Shown piece by piece: positions 13,455-22,559 of a stretch of 24,000 bases of DNA. Where the stretch lies: assembly GCF_028289705.1 (NCBI RefSeq), contig NZ_JANQOI010000176.1, positions 1-24,000 of the forward strand, given 5' to 3'. The position numbers and the translations under genes were made by a program. Source of the DNA: Pelagibius sp. GTDB taxonomy: Bacteria; Pseudomonadota; Alphaproteobacteria; Kiloniellales; Kiloniellaceae. How positions within the stretch are numbered: the stretch's first letter is position 1; every line of letters begins with the position of its first letter. Below the pieces are notes generated by a model, which had not been told where the DNA came from, ran no database searches, and was given only the letters and a program-made list of their open reading frames with translations.

Positions 13455-14138
13455 CTATCCCTCGTGGAGCGCCTTGAAGAGTCGCTGCTGGCTCTCGAAG
13501 ATGTGGTTGCGGATCGCGAAGCCCAGGCCGATGGGGTCTTCCACGTCGATGCGCCGGACCACCTCGTCGACCTCGTCGTGGACCGCGTTGATGGTGTCTT
13601 CCCAGGGGATCGAGCGGAGCAGCAGCAGCCACATGCGCGAGGTCTGAAAGAAGAGATTGCATTGCATCTCCCGCAGGGTCTTGTTGGCGGCCAGGTCCAT
13701 CAGCCCGACGAAGTAGCGGATGTTGGTCTCGGCAAAGCCGATCTCGTCCCCCTGCTGCAAGGCGAGAAATTCCTCGCCGCAGCGGACGAAGAACTCCCGC
13801 GTGCCCTCGGCAAAGGGGGTTTCGATGAAGGGGCCCATGGCCTCGGCCAGGATCATGCGCACCGCATAGACATCGGCCAGCAGCTCCGGCTCGATCCGCG
13901 TCACCAGGGTCCCGATGCCGTGCTTGATTTCCACCAGCCCCTCGTGCTCCAGCATGGAGAAGACCCGGCGGATCGGCGAGCGGCTGACCGAATACTCCCT
14001 GGCCAGTTCCTCCTCGCGCAACAGCGTATCCGGCGGGTAGCGGTTGGTGCAGATGCGGTAGCGGATTTCCTGATAGATCGCGGCGATCCGCTGCTGGGGA
14101 GCGGTCCGGGCGGCGGTTTGATTGAGGGCGGGGATCAT
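13455..14138 (-). CDS. GntR-family regulator, last gene of the ehuBCD transcription unit (EhuR-like by context)
   Basis: HTH region IYQEIRYRICTNRYPPDTLLREEELAREYSVSRSPIRRVFSMLEHEGLVEI with a helical effector domain. ATG at 14138; the alternative TTG at 14153 would overlap the ehuD stop. Confidence 0.8.
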   Translation of the reverse strand: MIPALNQTAARTAPQQRIAAIYQEIRYRICTNRYPPDTLLREEELAREYSVSRSPIRRVFSMLEHEGLVEIKHGIGTLVTRIEPELLADVYAVRMILAEAMGPFIETPFAEGTREFFVRCGEEFLALQQGDEIGFAETNIRYFVGLMDLAANKTLREMQCNLFFQTSRMWLLLLRSIPWEDTINAVHDEVDEVVRRIDVEDPIGLGFAIRNHIFESQQRLFKALHEG

Positions 14139-14149
14139 CGAGGTCTGTC

Positions 14150-14818
14150 TCAAAACTCCTGCAGGCCCGGCAGGGCGAACTTCCGGTTCACGACCCGGGT
14201 GAGCTTCGCGGCCGCGAGGCTGAGGATCAGGAAGAAAACGCCGGCCAGGGTGATGGGCTCGGTATAGCGGAAGGTATCATTGCCGATGATCCGGGCCGTG
14301 GCGACCAGCTCGATCACCGTGATCGCCAAAAGAACCGGCGTTTCCTTGAACATGGTGACCAGATAGTTGCCGAGCGGCAGGATGATCGGCGGGATCGCCT
14401 GGGGCAGAATGACGCGCCTCAGCGTTCGCGCGGTGGAGAGATTGATGGCCTTGGCCGCTTCCCATTGGCCGCGGTCGACCTGGGCGAATCCGGAGCGGTA
14501 GACCTCGGCGCAGTAGGCAGAATAGTGCATGCCCAGGGTCAGGACGCCGCAGACCATGGCGGGTAGGATCACCCCCGCCAGCGGCAGGAAGTAGTACATG
14601 GCGAAGAGCTGGATCAGCACCGGCGTGGTGCGGATGAACTCGACCCAGAGCCGCACCACGAAACTGAGGACGGGGATCTCCAACAGGCTGATGATGGCCC
14701 AGAGCAGCCCAAGCACCGCCGCCAGGGCAAAGCCCATCACCGTCGCCTGCAGGGTGACCAGCGAGGCCTCCGCCATCTGCGGCAGGATCTCCAGGGTATA
14801 GGCCCAGTCCCAGTTCAT
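14150..14818 (-). CDS. ehuD: Ectoine/hydroxyectoine (polar amino acid type) ABC transporter permease EhuD
   Basis: Multi-TM protein with a His/Glu/Gln/Arg/opine-family permease pattern (EAAKAINLSTARTLRRVILPQAIPPILPLGN). It overlaps ehuC by 4 nt. The name is assigned from order and eut context. Confidence 0.8.
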   Translation of the reverse strand: MNWDWAYTLEILPQMAEASLVTLQATVMGFALAAVLGLLWAIISLLEIPVLSFVVRLWVEFIRTTPVLIQLFAMYYFLPLAGVILPAMVCGVLTLGMHYSAYCAEVYRSGFAQVDRGQWEAAKAINLSTARTLRRVILPQAIPPIILPLGNYLVTMFKETPVLLAITVIELVATARIIGNDTFRYTEPITLAGVFFLILSLAAAKLTRVVNRKFALPGLQEF

Positions 14819-15543
14819 CGGGCGTCACCCAGCCGGATGCCGCGGGAGTAGTGCTTCTCCAGGAGCTTCATGCCGATGGTGATGGAAAGGCCGATGGCGA
14901 AGTACATGAAGAGGACGATGGTGAAGACCTCGACAGTCAGATAGGTGGTCTGGTTGAGCTGGTAGGCCGTGTAGGTCAGATCGGAGATGCCGATGAAGGA
15001 AACCAGGGCGGTCAGCTTGAAGAGCTGTATGGCCAGATTGCCGAAGGGCGGGATCATGATGCGGATCGCCTGCGGCAAAATGATCCGGCGCATGCGGTTG
15101 AAGCTGCTCATGTTGAGGGCGATGGCCGCCTCGTACTGCGCCTTGGGAACGGCGCGGATTGAGGCCTCCACCACGATTGCCGCATAAGCACCCACGTTCA
15201 GGGAGACGCCCAGGACCCCGGCCGTGAAGGGGTCGATCTTCGGCCCAAAGAGCGGCAGCACATAGAACAGCCAGAACAGTTGGACGAGGGCCGATGTCCC
15301 TCTGAAGATCTCAACGTAGCTGATGCAGAGCCAGCGCACCGGTGTCCAGGGCGAGAGCCGGCCGATGCCTGTCGCAAAGGCGATGATGACCGTCAGAATC
15401 ATCGAGACGACGACGATCTTGAGGGTCATCTCGGCGGCTTCGAGAAACACCAGCGCGCTGTCGACGAAGGGAGACCGCAGGAAATAGACCGCGCCCGCGA
15501 AGATGGTCACACAGAGGGTGACGATAAGCGCGCGGATGGACAT
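14815..15543 (-). CDS. ehuC: Ectoine/hydroxyectoine ABC transporter permease EhuC
   Basis: Multi-TM protein with permease EAA-loop EAAIALNMSSFNRMRRIILPQAIRIMIPPFGN. It lies between the binding-protein gene and the second permease gene. Confidence 0.8.
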   Translation of the reverse strand: MSIRALIVTLCVTIFAGAVYFLRSPFVDSALVFLEAAEMTLKIVVVSMILTVIIAFATGIGRLSPWTPVRWLCISYVEIFRGTSALVQLFWLFYVLPLFGPKIDPFTAGVLGVSLNVGAYAAIVVEASIRAVPKAQYEAAIALNMSSFNRMRRIILPQAIRIMIPPFGNLAIQLFKLTALVSFIGISDLTYTAYQLNQTTYLTVEVFTIVLFMYFAIGLSITIGMKLLEKHYSRGIRLGDAR

Positions 15544-15594
15544 AGGGCGGTCTCGAAAGGGTTTGTCGTGGCTGCCGTGCGGAAGCGGGCCGGC

Positions 15595-15621
15595 CCCGTA
15601 GCGATCTTAGACCGCTACGGG
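15595..15621 (-). other. Intercistronic stem-loop between ehuB and ehuC
   Basis: CCCGTAGCG (15595-15603), 9-nt loop atcttagac, CGCTACGGG (15613-15621): a perfect 9-bp stem inside the 92-nt ehuB-ehuC gap. Confidence 0.55.
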
Positions 15622-15635
15622 TGCCCCTTGCAGCC

Positions 15636-16535
15636 TTAGAGACCGGCGCCGCAGAGTTCCTTCATGCTCTTGGTGGGGGCGTCCGCGGGCCCGAACCCCC
15701 AGGCCGAGGCCATCTTGGCGTAGTTGCCGCTTTCGACGTAGTTGGCCAGCTCGGCCTGGAAGGCGTCGCGGAAGGCCATGTTGGCTTTCAACTCGTCGCC
15801 ATCGCCCTTGGGGAAGCCGATGGCGCCGTGGCCCTGGTAGATCTCGCCTGCAATCTCGGTGATGGAGCCCGAGCTTTCCATGTTGATGAGATCGCCGGCG
15901 GTGCGGACGATGTCGTTGATGGCGAAGGCGGAGAGGGCGAAGCCGTCCGCGCGCCCGGAGATCACCGCTGAGATGCCGGCGGCCTTGTCGCTGACCTTCA
16001 GCAGCTTTTCGTCGGGCACGCCGTCCTTCTTGGCCAGGGTCTCTTCCGTGCCGCCGGCCAGCACCGCGAGCTTGGCCCCGTCGGTCTTGGCGATGTCTTT
16101 GAAGTTATGCAGGCTCTTGGGGTTGCCCTTCTTCACGAGGTAGGCGGCACCCTGGCCCCAGGTGGGCTCGGCGAAGAGAATCTGCTCGCAACGCTTCGGG
16201 CGGATGTAGATTCCTGCCGCGCCCATGTCGATCCGGCGGGCGACCAGCGAGGGGATCAGAGCGCCGAAATCCATGGCCACGAACTCGAGCTTGGTGATCC
16301 CCATTGCCCCGAGGACGTGCTTGACGATCTCCACCTGTTCGCCGGTGAAGCTGCCGTCGGCCTGCTTGTATCCATAGGGCGCGTAGCCTGCGATGCCGAT
16401 GGTCGCGCCCTCGGCGCGGTATTTCTCGAGCAACGGATTGTCGGCCGCGACGGCGGCTGTCGGCATGAGGGTGGTCGCCAGGAGGAGGGCGGCGACGAGG
16501 CTGACGGCTCCCCCGATTTTGCTGATGAAGTTCAT
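15636..16535 (-). CDS. ehuB: Ectoine/hydroxyectoine ABC transporter substrate-binding protein EhuB
   Basis: The internal ATG at 16535 of track ORF 15636..16625, with RBS GGAGGCG. Signal peptide MNFISKIGGAVSLVAALLLATTLMPTAAVA|AD. Type-II periplasmic binding-protein fold pattern. It is adjacent to the permease genes and eut genes. Confidence 0.8.
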   Translation of the reverse strand: MNFISKIGGAVSLVAALLLATTLMPTAAVAADNPLLEKYRAEGATIGIAGYAPYGYKQADGSFTGEQVEIVKHVLGAMGITKLEFVAMDFGALIPSLVARRIDMGAAGIYIRPKRCEQILFAEPTWGQGAAYLVKKGNPKSLHNFKDIAKTDGAKLAVLAGGTEETLAKKDGVPDEKLLKVSDKAAGISAVISGRADGFALSAFAINDIVRTAGDLINMESSGSITEIAGEIYQGHGAIGFPKGDGDELKANMAFRDAFQAELANYVESGNYAKMASAWGFGPADAPTKSMKELCGAGL

Positions 16536-16732
16536 TTTTTCGCCTCCGGGTTTCGAGAGGTTCTGGCCTCTCAAGGATGCAAGACCGTTCTCCCGACGGT
16601 CGGTCAGATCGGAACAGAAAACCACTAGATGGATACAACAACGAAGTAAACTCGATCAAGAATGCCTTTTCAAGGCGAAATTTTTGTGAAAAGTATATAG
16701 ATGTGTACGTCTTGGGAAATCTGAGGTGTCGG
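16536..16732. promoter_or_regulatory. AT-richer divergent intergenic region between ehuB and the MOSC fusion gene
   Basis: 197 nt with locally low GC (aaatttttgtgaaaagtatatagatgtgtacg). Hairpin GAGAGG ttctgg CCTCTC (16555-16572) sits in the ehuB leader. Promoters and operators were not resolved by eye. Confidence 0.4.
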
Positions 16733-18484
16733 ATGCAGGCGGACCCGCCATCCTGCGGCCTTGTCCGGGCCATCTATACAGGCCGCAAGCGCGAGGCCCT
16801 GATCAACGGCCGGAGGGAGCCGACCGCCTACCTGCGCAGCTGCCAGAACGGTCCCCTCCGGCTCGGCCGGCAGGGCTTGGCTGGCGACACCCTGGGGACG
16901 GCGCGGCGCCTGGGCCGGGAGAACCACGCGGTCTATCTCTTTGCCGAACGTCACTACGCCCATTTCGAAGCGGTGCTGGGCCGACCGATTCCGCGCGGTG
17001 CCTTCTCCGAGAACGTCCTCTATGTGGGCCCCGATGAAACGGAGCTTCGGATCGGGGATCGTCTGCGGGCCGGCGATGCTTTGGTCGAGATCGTCTCGCC
17101 CCGGGTTCCCTGCTACAAGCTGGCGCACTTTCTGGGCGCCGAGCCCGGCTTCCCCAGCCGCTTTTCCGCATCCGGCCGCACCGGCGTCTACGGCCGGGTG
17201 ATCGAGCCGGGCAGCCTATCTGCGGGTAGCGCGCTGGAACGGCTGGAAAGCGATGCGCGGAACGCGACCCTGGCGGAACTCAACGAGGTGCTGACGGCCG
17301 GCCGGCCCGGTGCCGATGCCCTTGCCCGCGTCCTGGCCTCTCCGGCCCTGCTGCCGGCAGTGCGCCAGGTCGTGGAAGAGCGGATAGATAACCTCTCCCT
17401 CCCGGCGGCTGCCGCGCCGCAGACGGTGCGCATCGCCGAGCGGGTGCAGGAGACGCCGGGGGTGATATCGCTTTCGTTCGAGATGGCGCTGGCGCCGGGC
17501 GAACGCCCGAAACCGGGCCAGTTCGTCACCTTCGGCATCACCGACGATGCCGGCCGTCAACACTTCCGCTGTTATTCCCTGACCGACGGCCCTTTTCCGG
17601 GACGGAACGGGCGGCCCTGCCGGATCTCCGTCAAGCGCGAAGCCGGGGACGGCGAGGCGGCGGACGCCTTTTCGGTGTCGTCATGGCTGCACGAGCGCAT
17701 CGGCGTCGGTGCCGAATGCATCGCCTATCCGCCCGCCGGGGCGTTCTGCCTGCCGGAGGGGCTCTCGGGACCGCTGGCGTTCTATGCCGGCGGCATCGGG
17801 ATCACCCCTGTCTTCTCGCAGATCCGGGCCCTGGCCGAGGCGCGCTATCCTGACCCGGTGACCCTGATCTACGTCTCCAAAAGTGTGGCGGAACTTGCGT
17901 TTCTCAACGAACTTTCCGACTTGGCCGGACGCTGGGACCGCTTCGCGCTGAGACTCTTCGTGACCGGTGCGGAAACGCCATTGGCGGAGTTGCCGGCGCC
18001 GGTCCGCAAGGGGCGGCCCGATCTCGAACGGGAGGTCGCCGCGATGGACGGCTCGACGCATGTCTTCGTCTGCGGCCCGCTCGCCATGACCGAGGCGGTC
18101 CGCGCCGCGCATGCCACCCTCGGGCGCGCCAACGACCGGCTGCATTTCGAGCTCTTCTCCGATGCGGTCGTCCTGGATGAGTCCATGGAGCCGGCGCCGC
18201 ACGCGGAGATCACGATCTCGCCGGAGGCCTATCGCGCCGCCTGGCAGCGCGGCGACGGCTCGCTGCTGGCATGGATCGAGCGCCATACGGATCACCGCCC
18301 GCCTGCCGCCTGCCGTTCCGGCATCTGCCGCACCTGCGCCGCGCCCCTGCTGCGGGGACAGGTCGTCTATCCGGCGACCGTGGCGCCGCCGCCCTCGACC
18401 GAGGTGTTGCTGTGTTGCGCCATGCCGGCGACGGACGTCGAAATAGGGCTGGCCGGCGATCTACTTGGAAAGGCGGTAGGGTAA
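16733..18484 (+). CDS. MOSC domain / 3-alpha / FNR-like FAD-NAD reductase / [2Fe-2S] ferredoxin fusion oxidoreductase
   Basis: ATG at 16733 after GAGGTG (the track ORF starts at 16577). YiiM-type MOSC motif SPRVPCYKL. FAD motif RCYSL. NAD-binding YAGGIGITP. C-terminal plant-type ferredoxin cysteines CRSGICRTC...LLCC. Confidence 0.8.
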   Translation: MQADPPSCGLVRAIYTGRKREALINGRREPTAYLRSCQNGPLRLGRQGLAGDTLGTARRLGRENHAVYLFAERHYAHFEAVLGRPIPRGAFSENVLYVGPDETELRIGDRLRAGDALVEIVSPRVPCYKLAHFLGAEPGFPSRFSASGRTGVYGRVIEPGSLSAGSALERLESDARNATLAELNEVLTAGRPGADALARVLASPALLPAVRQVVEERIDNLSLPAAAAPQTVRIAERVQETPGVISLSFEMALAPGERPKPGQFVTFGITDDAGRQHFRCYSLTDGPFPGRNGRPCRISVKREAGDGEAADAFSVSSWLHERIGVGAECIAYPPAGAFCLPEGLSGPLAFYAGGIGITPVFSQIRALAEARYPDPVTLIYVSKSVAELAFLNELSDLAGRWDRFALRLFVTGAETPLAELPAPVRKGRPDLEREVAAMDGSTHVFVCGPLAMTEAVRAAHATLGRANDRLHFELFSDAVVLDESMEPAPHAEITISPEAYRAAWQRGDGSLLAWIERHTDHRPPAACRSGICRTCAAPLLRGQVVYPATVAPPPSTEVLLCCAMPATDVEIGLAGDLLGKAVG

Positions 18485-18538
18485 GCTTGCGGGGAAACCG
18501 GCCCGGACCCAGAGGCCGGAGAGAAGGGAGACAGGACG

Positions 18539-19357
18539 ATGCGCGATGAGGTTTCTCGCTACCCGCTTCGGCTCGCCGACGAAGGGGCGCCCATGGTGCG
18601 CCTTGCGAACGTCTCCAAGCGCTATGGCGAACTGACGGTTCTCGACGGCCTGGACCTGGATATCGCCGAGGGGGAGATGGTGAGCATCATCGGCCCCTCC
18701 GGCTCCGGCAAGACCACGGTGCTGCGCGTCCTCATGACCCTGGAGAGCATCGACGACGGCGTCATCTACGTCGACGGCAGCCCCCTGACCCACATGGAAA
18801 AGAACGGCGCCCTTGTGCCTTCCAACCCCCAGCATCTGCGCGCCATGCGCCAGAACATCGGTATGTGCTTCCAGCATTTCAATCTGTTCCCCCACATGAC
18901 CGCGCTGGAGAACTGCATGGAGGGTCCGGTCTATTCGCTGGGCATGAGCAAGCGCGACGCCCGGGAGCGTGCCGAGGAACTGCTCGACCTGGTGGGGGTC
19001 GCCGACAAGCGCGATCAGCACCCTTCGCGCCTCTCCGGTGGCCAGCAGCAGCGCGTGGCCATTGCCCGCGCCCTGGCCATGCGCCCCAAGGTGATGCTGT
19101 TCGACGAGGTGACCTCGGCCCTCGACCCGGAGGTCATCGGCGAGGTCACCAACGTCATCCGAAAGCTCGTCACCGATCTGAACCTGACCATGCTGATGGT
19201 GACCCATCAGATGGGCTTCGCCCGCGACATCTCCGACCGGGTGTGTTTCTTCTACGCCGGCAAGATCGAGGAGCAGGGGGCTCCCGACGAGGTTTTCGGC
19301 AGCCCGCGCAAGGAGCGCACCCAGCAGTTCCTGAGCGCGGTCAAGGAAGCCCGATGA
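18539..19357 (+). CDS. ehuA: Ectoine/hydroxyectoine (polar amino acid) ABC transporter ATP-binding protein EhuA
   Basis: Walker A GPSGSGKT, signature LSGGQQQRVAIARAL, Walker B VMLFDE. ATG at 18593 (MVRLANV) is an alternative start. The stop overlaps the eutB start (ATGA). Confidence 0.8.
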   Translation: MRDEVSRYPLRLADEGAPMVRLANVSKRYGELTVLDGLDLDIAEGEMVSIIGPSGSGKTTVLRVLMTLESIDDGVIYVDGSPLTHMEKNGALVPSNPQHLRAMRQNIGMCFQHFNLFPHMTALENCMEGPVYSLGMSKRDARERAEELLDLVGVADKRDQHPSRLSGGQQQRVAIARALAMRPKVMLFDEVTSALDPEVIGEVTNVIRKLVTDLNLTMLMVTHQMGFARDISDRVCFFYAGKIEEQGAPDEVFGSPRKERTQQFLSAVKEAR

Positions 19358-20376
19358 CCGCGGCGATCCTGCCCCGCGCCGTGTACCGGGCGCGCCAACG
19401 GATCCGGCCGTGGATCCGGTCCACCCCGCTGGTTGCCTCGCCGGCCCTGTCCGCAGGCTCCGGCGGCGAGGTCCATTTGAAGCTGGAGCACCTGCAGGCG
19501 ACGGGAAGCTTCAAGCTGCGCGGTGCCGCCAATGCGATCCTCGCCTTGTCCGAGGACCAGCGCCGCAAGGGCGTGGTCGGCGTCTCCACCGGCAACCATG
19601 GCCGCGGCCTCGCCCATGCCGCCGCCCAGGCAGGCGTCGGCTGCACCATCTACATGTCCGCCCTGGTGCCCGCGAACAAGGTGGAGGCGATCCGGGCGCT
19701 CGGCGCCGAGGTGCGGATCGTCGGCCGGTCCCAGGACGATGCCCAGGTGGAGGTCGACCGTCTGGTCGCCGAGGAGGGCAAGGTCATGCTGCCGCCCTTC
19801 GACCATCCGGACATCATCGCCGGCCAGGGAACGCTGGGCCTGGAAATCCTCGAGGCGCTGCCGGCCGTGGAGACGGTGCTGGTGCCGCTCTCCGGCGGCG
19901 GCCTGATCGCCGGCATTGCCCTGGTGCTGAAGGCCGCCGATCCGGCCATCCGGGTGATCGGCGTTTCCATGGAGCGCGGCGCGGCCATGATCGCATGTCA
20001 GCGTGCCGGCCGGCCGGTTTCTGTGGAGGAACTGCCGACGCTGGCCGATGCCCTGGGCGGCGGTATCGGCATGGACAACCGCTACACCTTCCGCATGGTC
20101 CGCGATCTGGTGGACGACTTCGTCACCGTCACCGAGGCGGAGATCGCCGCTGCCGTGCGCCACGCCTACTGGTCGGAACACCAGGTCGTCGAAGGCTCCG
20201 GCAGCGTCGGGATCGCCGCCCTCCTCGCGGGCAAGGTCCGCGATGCCGGCGTGACGCTGGCTCTGGTCAGCGGCGGCAACATCGACACCAAGCTGCACAA
20301 ACGCATCATCGATGGCGAGGACGTCGACGTCCTGGCGGAACGCGAAGGGGAGGCGCCAATCCGTGCCGCAGATTAA
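19354..20376 (+). CDS. eutB: Hydroxyectoine utilization dehydratase EutB (PLP-dependent threonine-dehydratase family)
   Basis: Internal ATG of track ORF 18865..20376. PLP-lysine motif LQATGSFKLRGA, with GVSTGNHG and SGGGLIAG loops. The context is ehuA-eutB-eutC-doeA-doeB. Confidence 0.85.
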   Translation: MTAAILPRAVYRARQRIRPWIRSTPLVASPALSAGSGGEVHLKLEHLQATGSFKLRGAANAILALSEDQRRKGVVGVSTGNHGRGLAHAAAQAGVGCTIYMSALVPANKVEAIRALGAEVRIVGRSQDDAQVEVDRLVAEEGKVMLPPFDHPDIIAGQGTLGLEILEALPAVETVLVPLSGGGLIAGIALVLKAADPAIRVIGVSMERGAAMIACQRAGRPVSVEELPTLADALGGGIGMDNRYTFRMVRDLVDDFVTVTEAEIAAAVRHAYWSEHQVVEGSGSVGIAALLAGKVRDAGVTLALVSGGNIDTKLHKRIIDGEDVDVLAEREGEAPIRAAD

Positions 20377-21358
20377 CATTTTCAAGGAAAGCGATCTGCA
20401 GATGGCGGTGCCCCTGGACCCGGCCGCGGTCGATTGCGTGGAGGCGGCCTTCCGGACCCTCGCGACGAAGGACGTCGTGATGCCGCCGATCATGAGCTTG
20501 CACATCCCCGAGCACAACGGGGAGGTCGACGTGAAGACCGCCTATGTGCCGGGGGTGGACTCCTTTGCCATCAAGATGAGCCCCGGGTTCTTCGATAACC
20601 CCAAACGGGGGTTGCCGAGCATCAACGGTCTGATGGTTCTGTTCTCCGCCGAGACCGGCCTGGTGGAAGCGCTGCTACTCGACAACGGCTATCTGACCGA
20701 CGTGCGCACCGCTGCCGCCGGCGCCGTTGCCGCCAGGTGGCTCGCCCGCACCGATGCGACGGCGGCCGGGATCATCGGCAGCGGCACCCAGGCCCGCCTG
20801 CAGCTCAAGGCGCTGACGCTGGTCCGCGGTATCCGCACTGCCGTGATCTGGGGACGCGACCCCGACAAGGCCCGCGCCTGCGCGGCGGACTGCTCTGCGG
20901 AAACCGGGATCGCTGTCACCGCCGCTGCCAGCGTCGCCGAAGTCATGGCCCGGAGCGACATCGTCGTCACGACCACGCCCTCGCCGGAACCCCTGGTCCA
21001 TGCCGCGGACCTGCGGCCCGGCCAGCACGTCACCGCCATGGGCTCAGACGCGGACTACAAGACCGAGCTGGCGCCGCAGGTGCTGGCCCGTGCCGACCTC
21101 TATGTCTGCGACAGCCATGCCCAGTGTCTCAGGCAGGGGGAGCTGCGCGCCGCCGTCGCCGCCGGTGCCGTCGGCCCGGACCTCGACCATGCGGAGCTCG
21201 GCGCGGTGATCGCCGGCCGGCAGTCGGGCCGGTCCTCGGAGCGCCAGATCACGGTCTGCGATCTGACCGGCACCGGGGTTCAGGACACGGCCATAGCGGC
21301 CTTCGCCAAGGCGCGGGCCGCGGCGGCAGGGGCCGGTTTCCTGTTCGACAGCGCGTGA
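20363..21358 (+). CDS. eutC: Ectoine utilization protein EutC (ornithine cyclodeaminase / mu-crystallin family)
   Basis: GTG at 20363, 8 nt after GAAGGGGAGG (the track ORF starts at 20312). OCD motifs LTDVRTAAAGAVAARWLA, GSGTQARLQ and VTAMGSD. Confidence 0.8.
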   Translation: MPQINIFKESDLQMAVPLDPAAVDCVEAAFRTLATKDVVMPPIMSLHIPEHNGEVDVKTAYVPGVDSFAIKMSPGFFDNPKRGLPSINGLMVLFSAETGLVEALLLDNGYLTDVRTAAAGAVAARWLARTDATAAGIIGSGTQARLQLKALTLVRGIRTAVIWGRDPDKARACAADCSAETGIAVTAAASVAEVMARSDIVVTTTPSPEPLVHAADLRPGQHVTAMGSDADYKTELAPQVLARADLYVCDSHAQCLRQGELRAAVAAGAVGPDLDHAELGAVIAGRQSGRSSERQITVCDLTGTGVQDTAIAAFAKARAAAAGAGFLFDSA

Positions 21359-21374
21359 GCGGGACGACAGAGCG

Positions 21375-22556
21375 ATGCCCGAAGTAGAACTTCCCTTCAG
21401 CCGTGCCGAGTATGCCGAACGAATCGGCAAGGTCCGCCGCGCCATGGCGGCGAAAGGCATCGAACTGCTGGTGGTCTCCGACCCCTCCAACATGGCCTGG
21501 CTGACGGGCTATGATGGCTGGTCGTTCTACGTGCACCAGTGTGTGCTTCTGGCGCTCGACGGCGCGCCGCTCTGGTACGGCCGGAGGCAGGATGCCAACG
21601 GCGCGCGGCGTACGGTACACATGGACGAGGCCAACATTCTGTCCTACCCGGACCACTACGTGCAGTCGGCCGAGCGCCACCCCATGGACCACCTGAGCGG
21701 GATTATCGCCGACCGCGGCTGGAGCGGGCTGCGTTTCGGGGTGGAGATGGACAACTACTATTTCTCCGCCGCGGCCCATAAGTCGCTGGAAAGGAATCTG
21801 CCGAACGCCCGCTTCGAGGACGCCACCGGGCTGGTGAACTGGTGCCGGGCGGTAAAGTCGGAGCAGGAACTCGTCTACATGCGCCGGGCCGGGCGCATCG
21901 TCGAGGCTATGCACGCGCGCATCTTCGAGACCATCGAGCCCGGCATGCGCAAGAGCGATCTGGTGGCGGAGATCTACGACGTCGGCATCCGCGGTGCCGA
22001 CGGATACGGCGGCGACTATCCGGCGATCGTGCCCCTGCTGCCGTCCGGGCCCGACGCCGGCGCGCCGCATCTGACTTGGGACGACCGGCCGATGAAGGCG
22101 GGAGAGGGGACCTTCTTCGAGATCGCCGGCTGCTATCGCCGCTATCACGTGCCCCTGTCGCGGACGGTCTTTCTCGGCCGGCCGCCAGAGGCCTACCGCG
22201 ATGCCGACAAGGCGGTGCGGGAGGGCATCGAGGCGGGCCTGGAGATGGCGCGTCCGGGCAGGCGCTGCGAGGACATCGCCTTGGCGTTCTTCGGTGTTCT
22301 CAAGAGATACGGAATCGCCAAGGACAGCCGCGCGGGCTATGGCATCGGCATCAGCTATCCTCCGGACTGGGGCGAGCGCACCATGAGCCTGCGCAGCGGC
22401 GACAAGACCGAGCTTCTGCCCGGCATGACCTTCCACTTCATGCCGGGGCTGTGGATGGACGACTGGGGCATGGAGACGACGGAAAGCATCGTCATCACCG
22501 AGGGCGCGCCGGAATGCCTGGCATCGGTCCCCCGCGAGCTCTTTGTGAAGGCCTGA
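21375..22556 (+). CDS. doeA: Ectoine hydrolase DoeA/EutD (M24 creatinase/prolidase fold)
   Basis: 393 aa. The N-terminal creatinase-like domain begins ELPFSRAEYAERIGKVRRAM, and the C-terminal pita-bread domain contains FFEIAGCYRRYH and GMTFHFMPG. It lies immediately upstream of the deacetylase gene. Confidence 0.85.
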   Translation: MPEVELPFSRAEYAERIGKVRRAMAAKGIELLVVSDPSNMAWLTGYDGWSFYVHQCVLLALDGAPLWYGRRQDANGARRTVHMDEANILSYPDHYVQSAERHPMDHLSGIIADRGWSGLRFGVEMDNYYFSAAAHKSLERNLPNARFEDATGLVNWCRAVKSEQELVYMRRAGRIVEAMHARIFETIEPGMRKSDLVAEIYDVGIRGADGYGGDYPAIVPLLPSGPDAGAPHLTWDDRPMKAGEGTFFEIAGCYRRYHVPLSRTVFLGRPPEAYRDADKAVREGIEAGLEMARPGRRCEDIALAFFGVLKRYGIAKDSRAGYGIGISYPPDWGERTMSLRSGDKTELLPGMTFHFMPGLWMDDWGMETTESIVITEGAPECLASVPRELFVKA

Positions 22557-22559
22557 GTC

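Noticed and set aside
12418-13662. 414-aa minus-strand ORF, together with the 374-aa plus-strand ORF 13143..14267
   Set aside because: Both are shadows. The first is antisense to the NicO-type transporter (clear TM pattern and HAFGPGHGK). The second is antisense to the GntR regulator and overlaps the transporter gene out of frame. Their translations are Arg/Gly/Asp-rich strings.
18865-19353. N-terminal 163-aa extension of the eutB ORF in the track (18865..20376)
   Set aside because: The extension overlaps ehuA in another frame and reads as Arg/Pro/Gly-rich sequence. The ATG at 19354 forms an ATGA overlap with the ehuA stop and begins a normal EutB N-terminus.
19252-20517. 421-aa minus-strand ORF and 356-aa plus-strand alternative-frame ORF (19410..20480) over eutB
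   Set aside because: The eutB frame carries the PLP-lysine motif SFKLRGA and glycine loops. The alternatives translate to Arg/Pro/Gly repeats.
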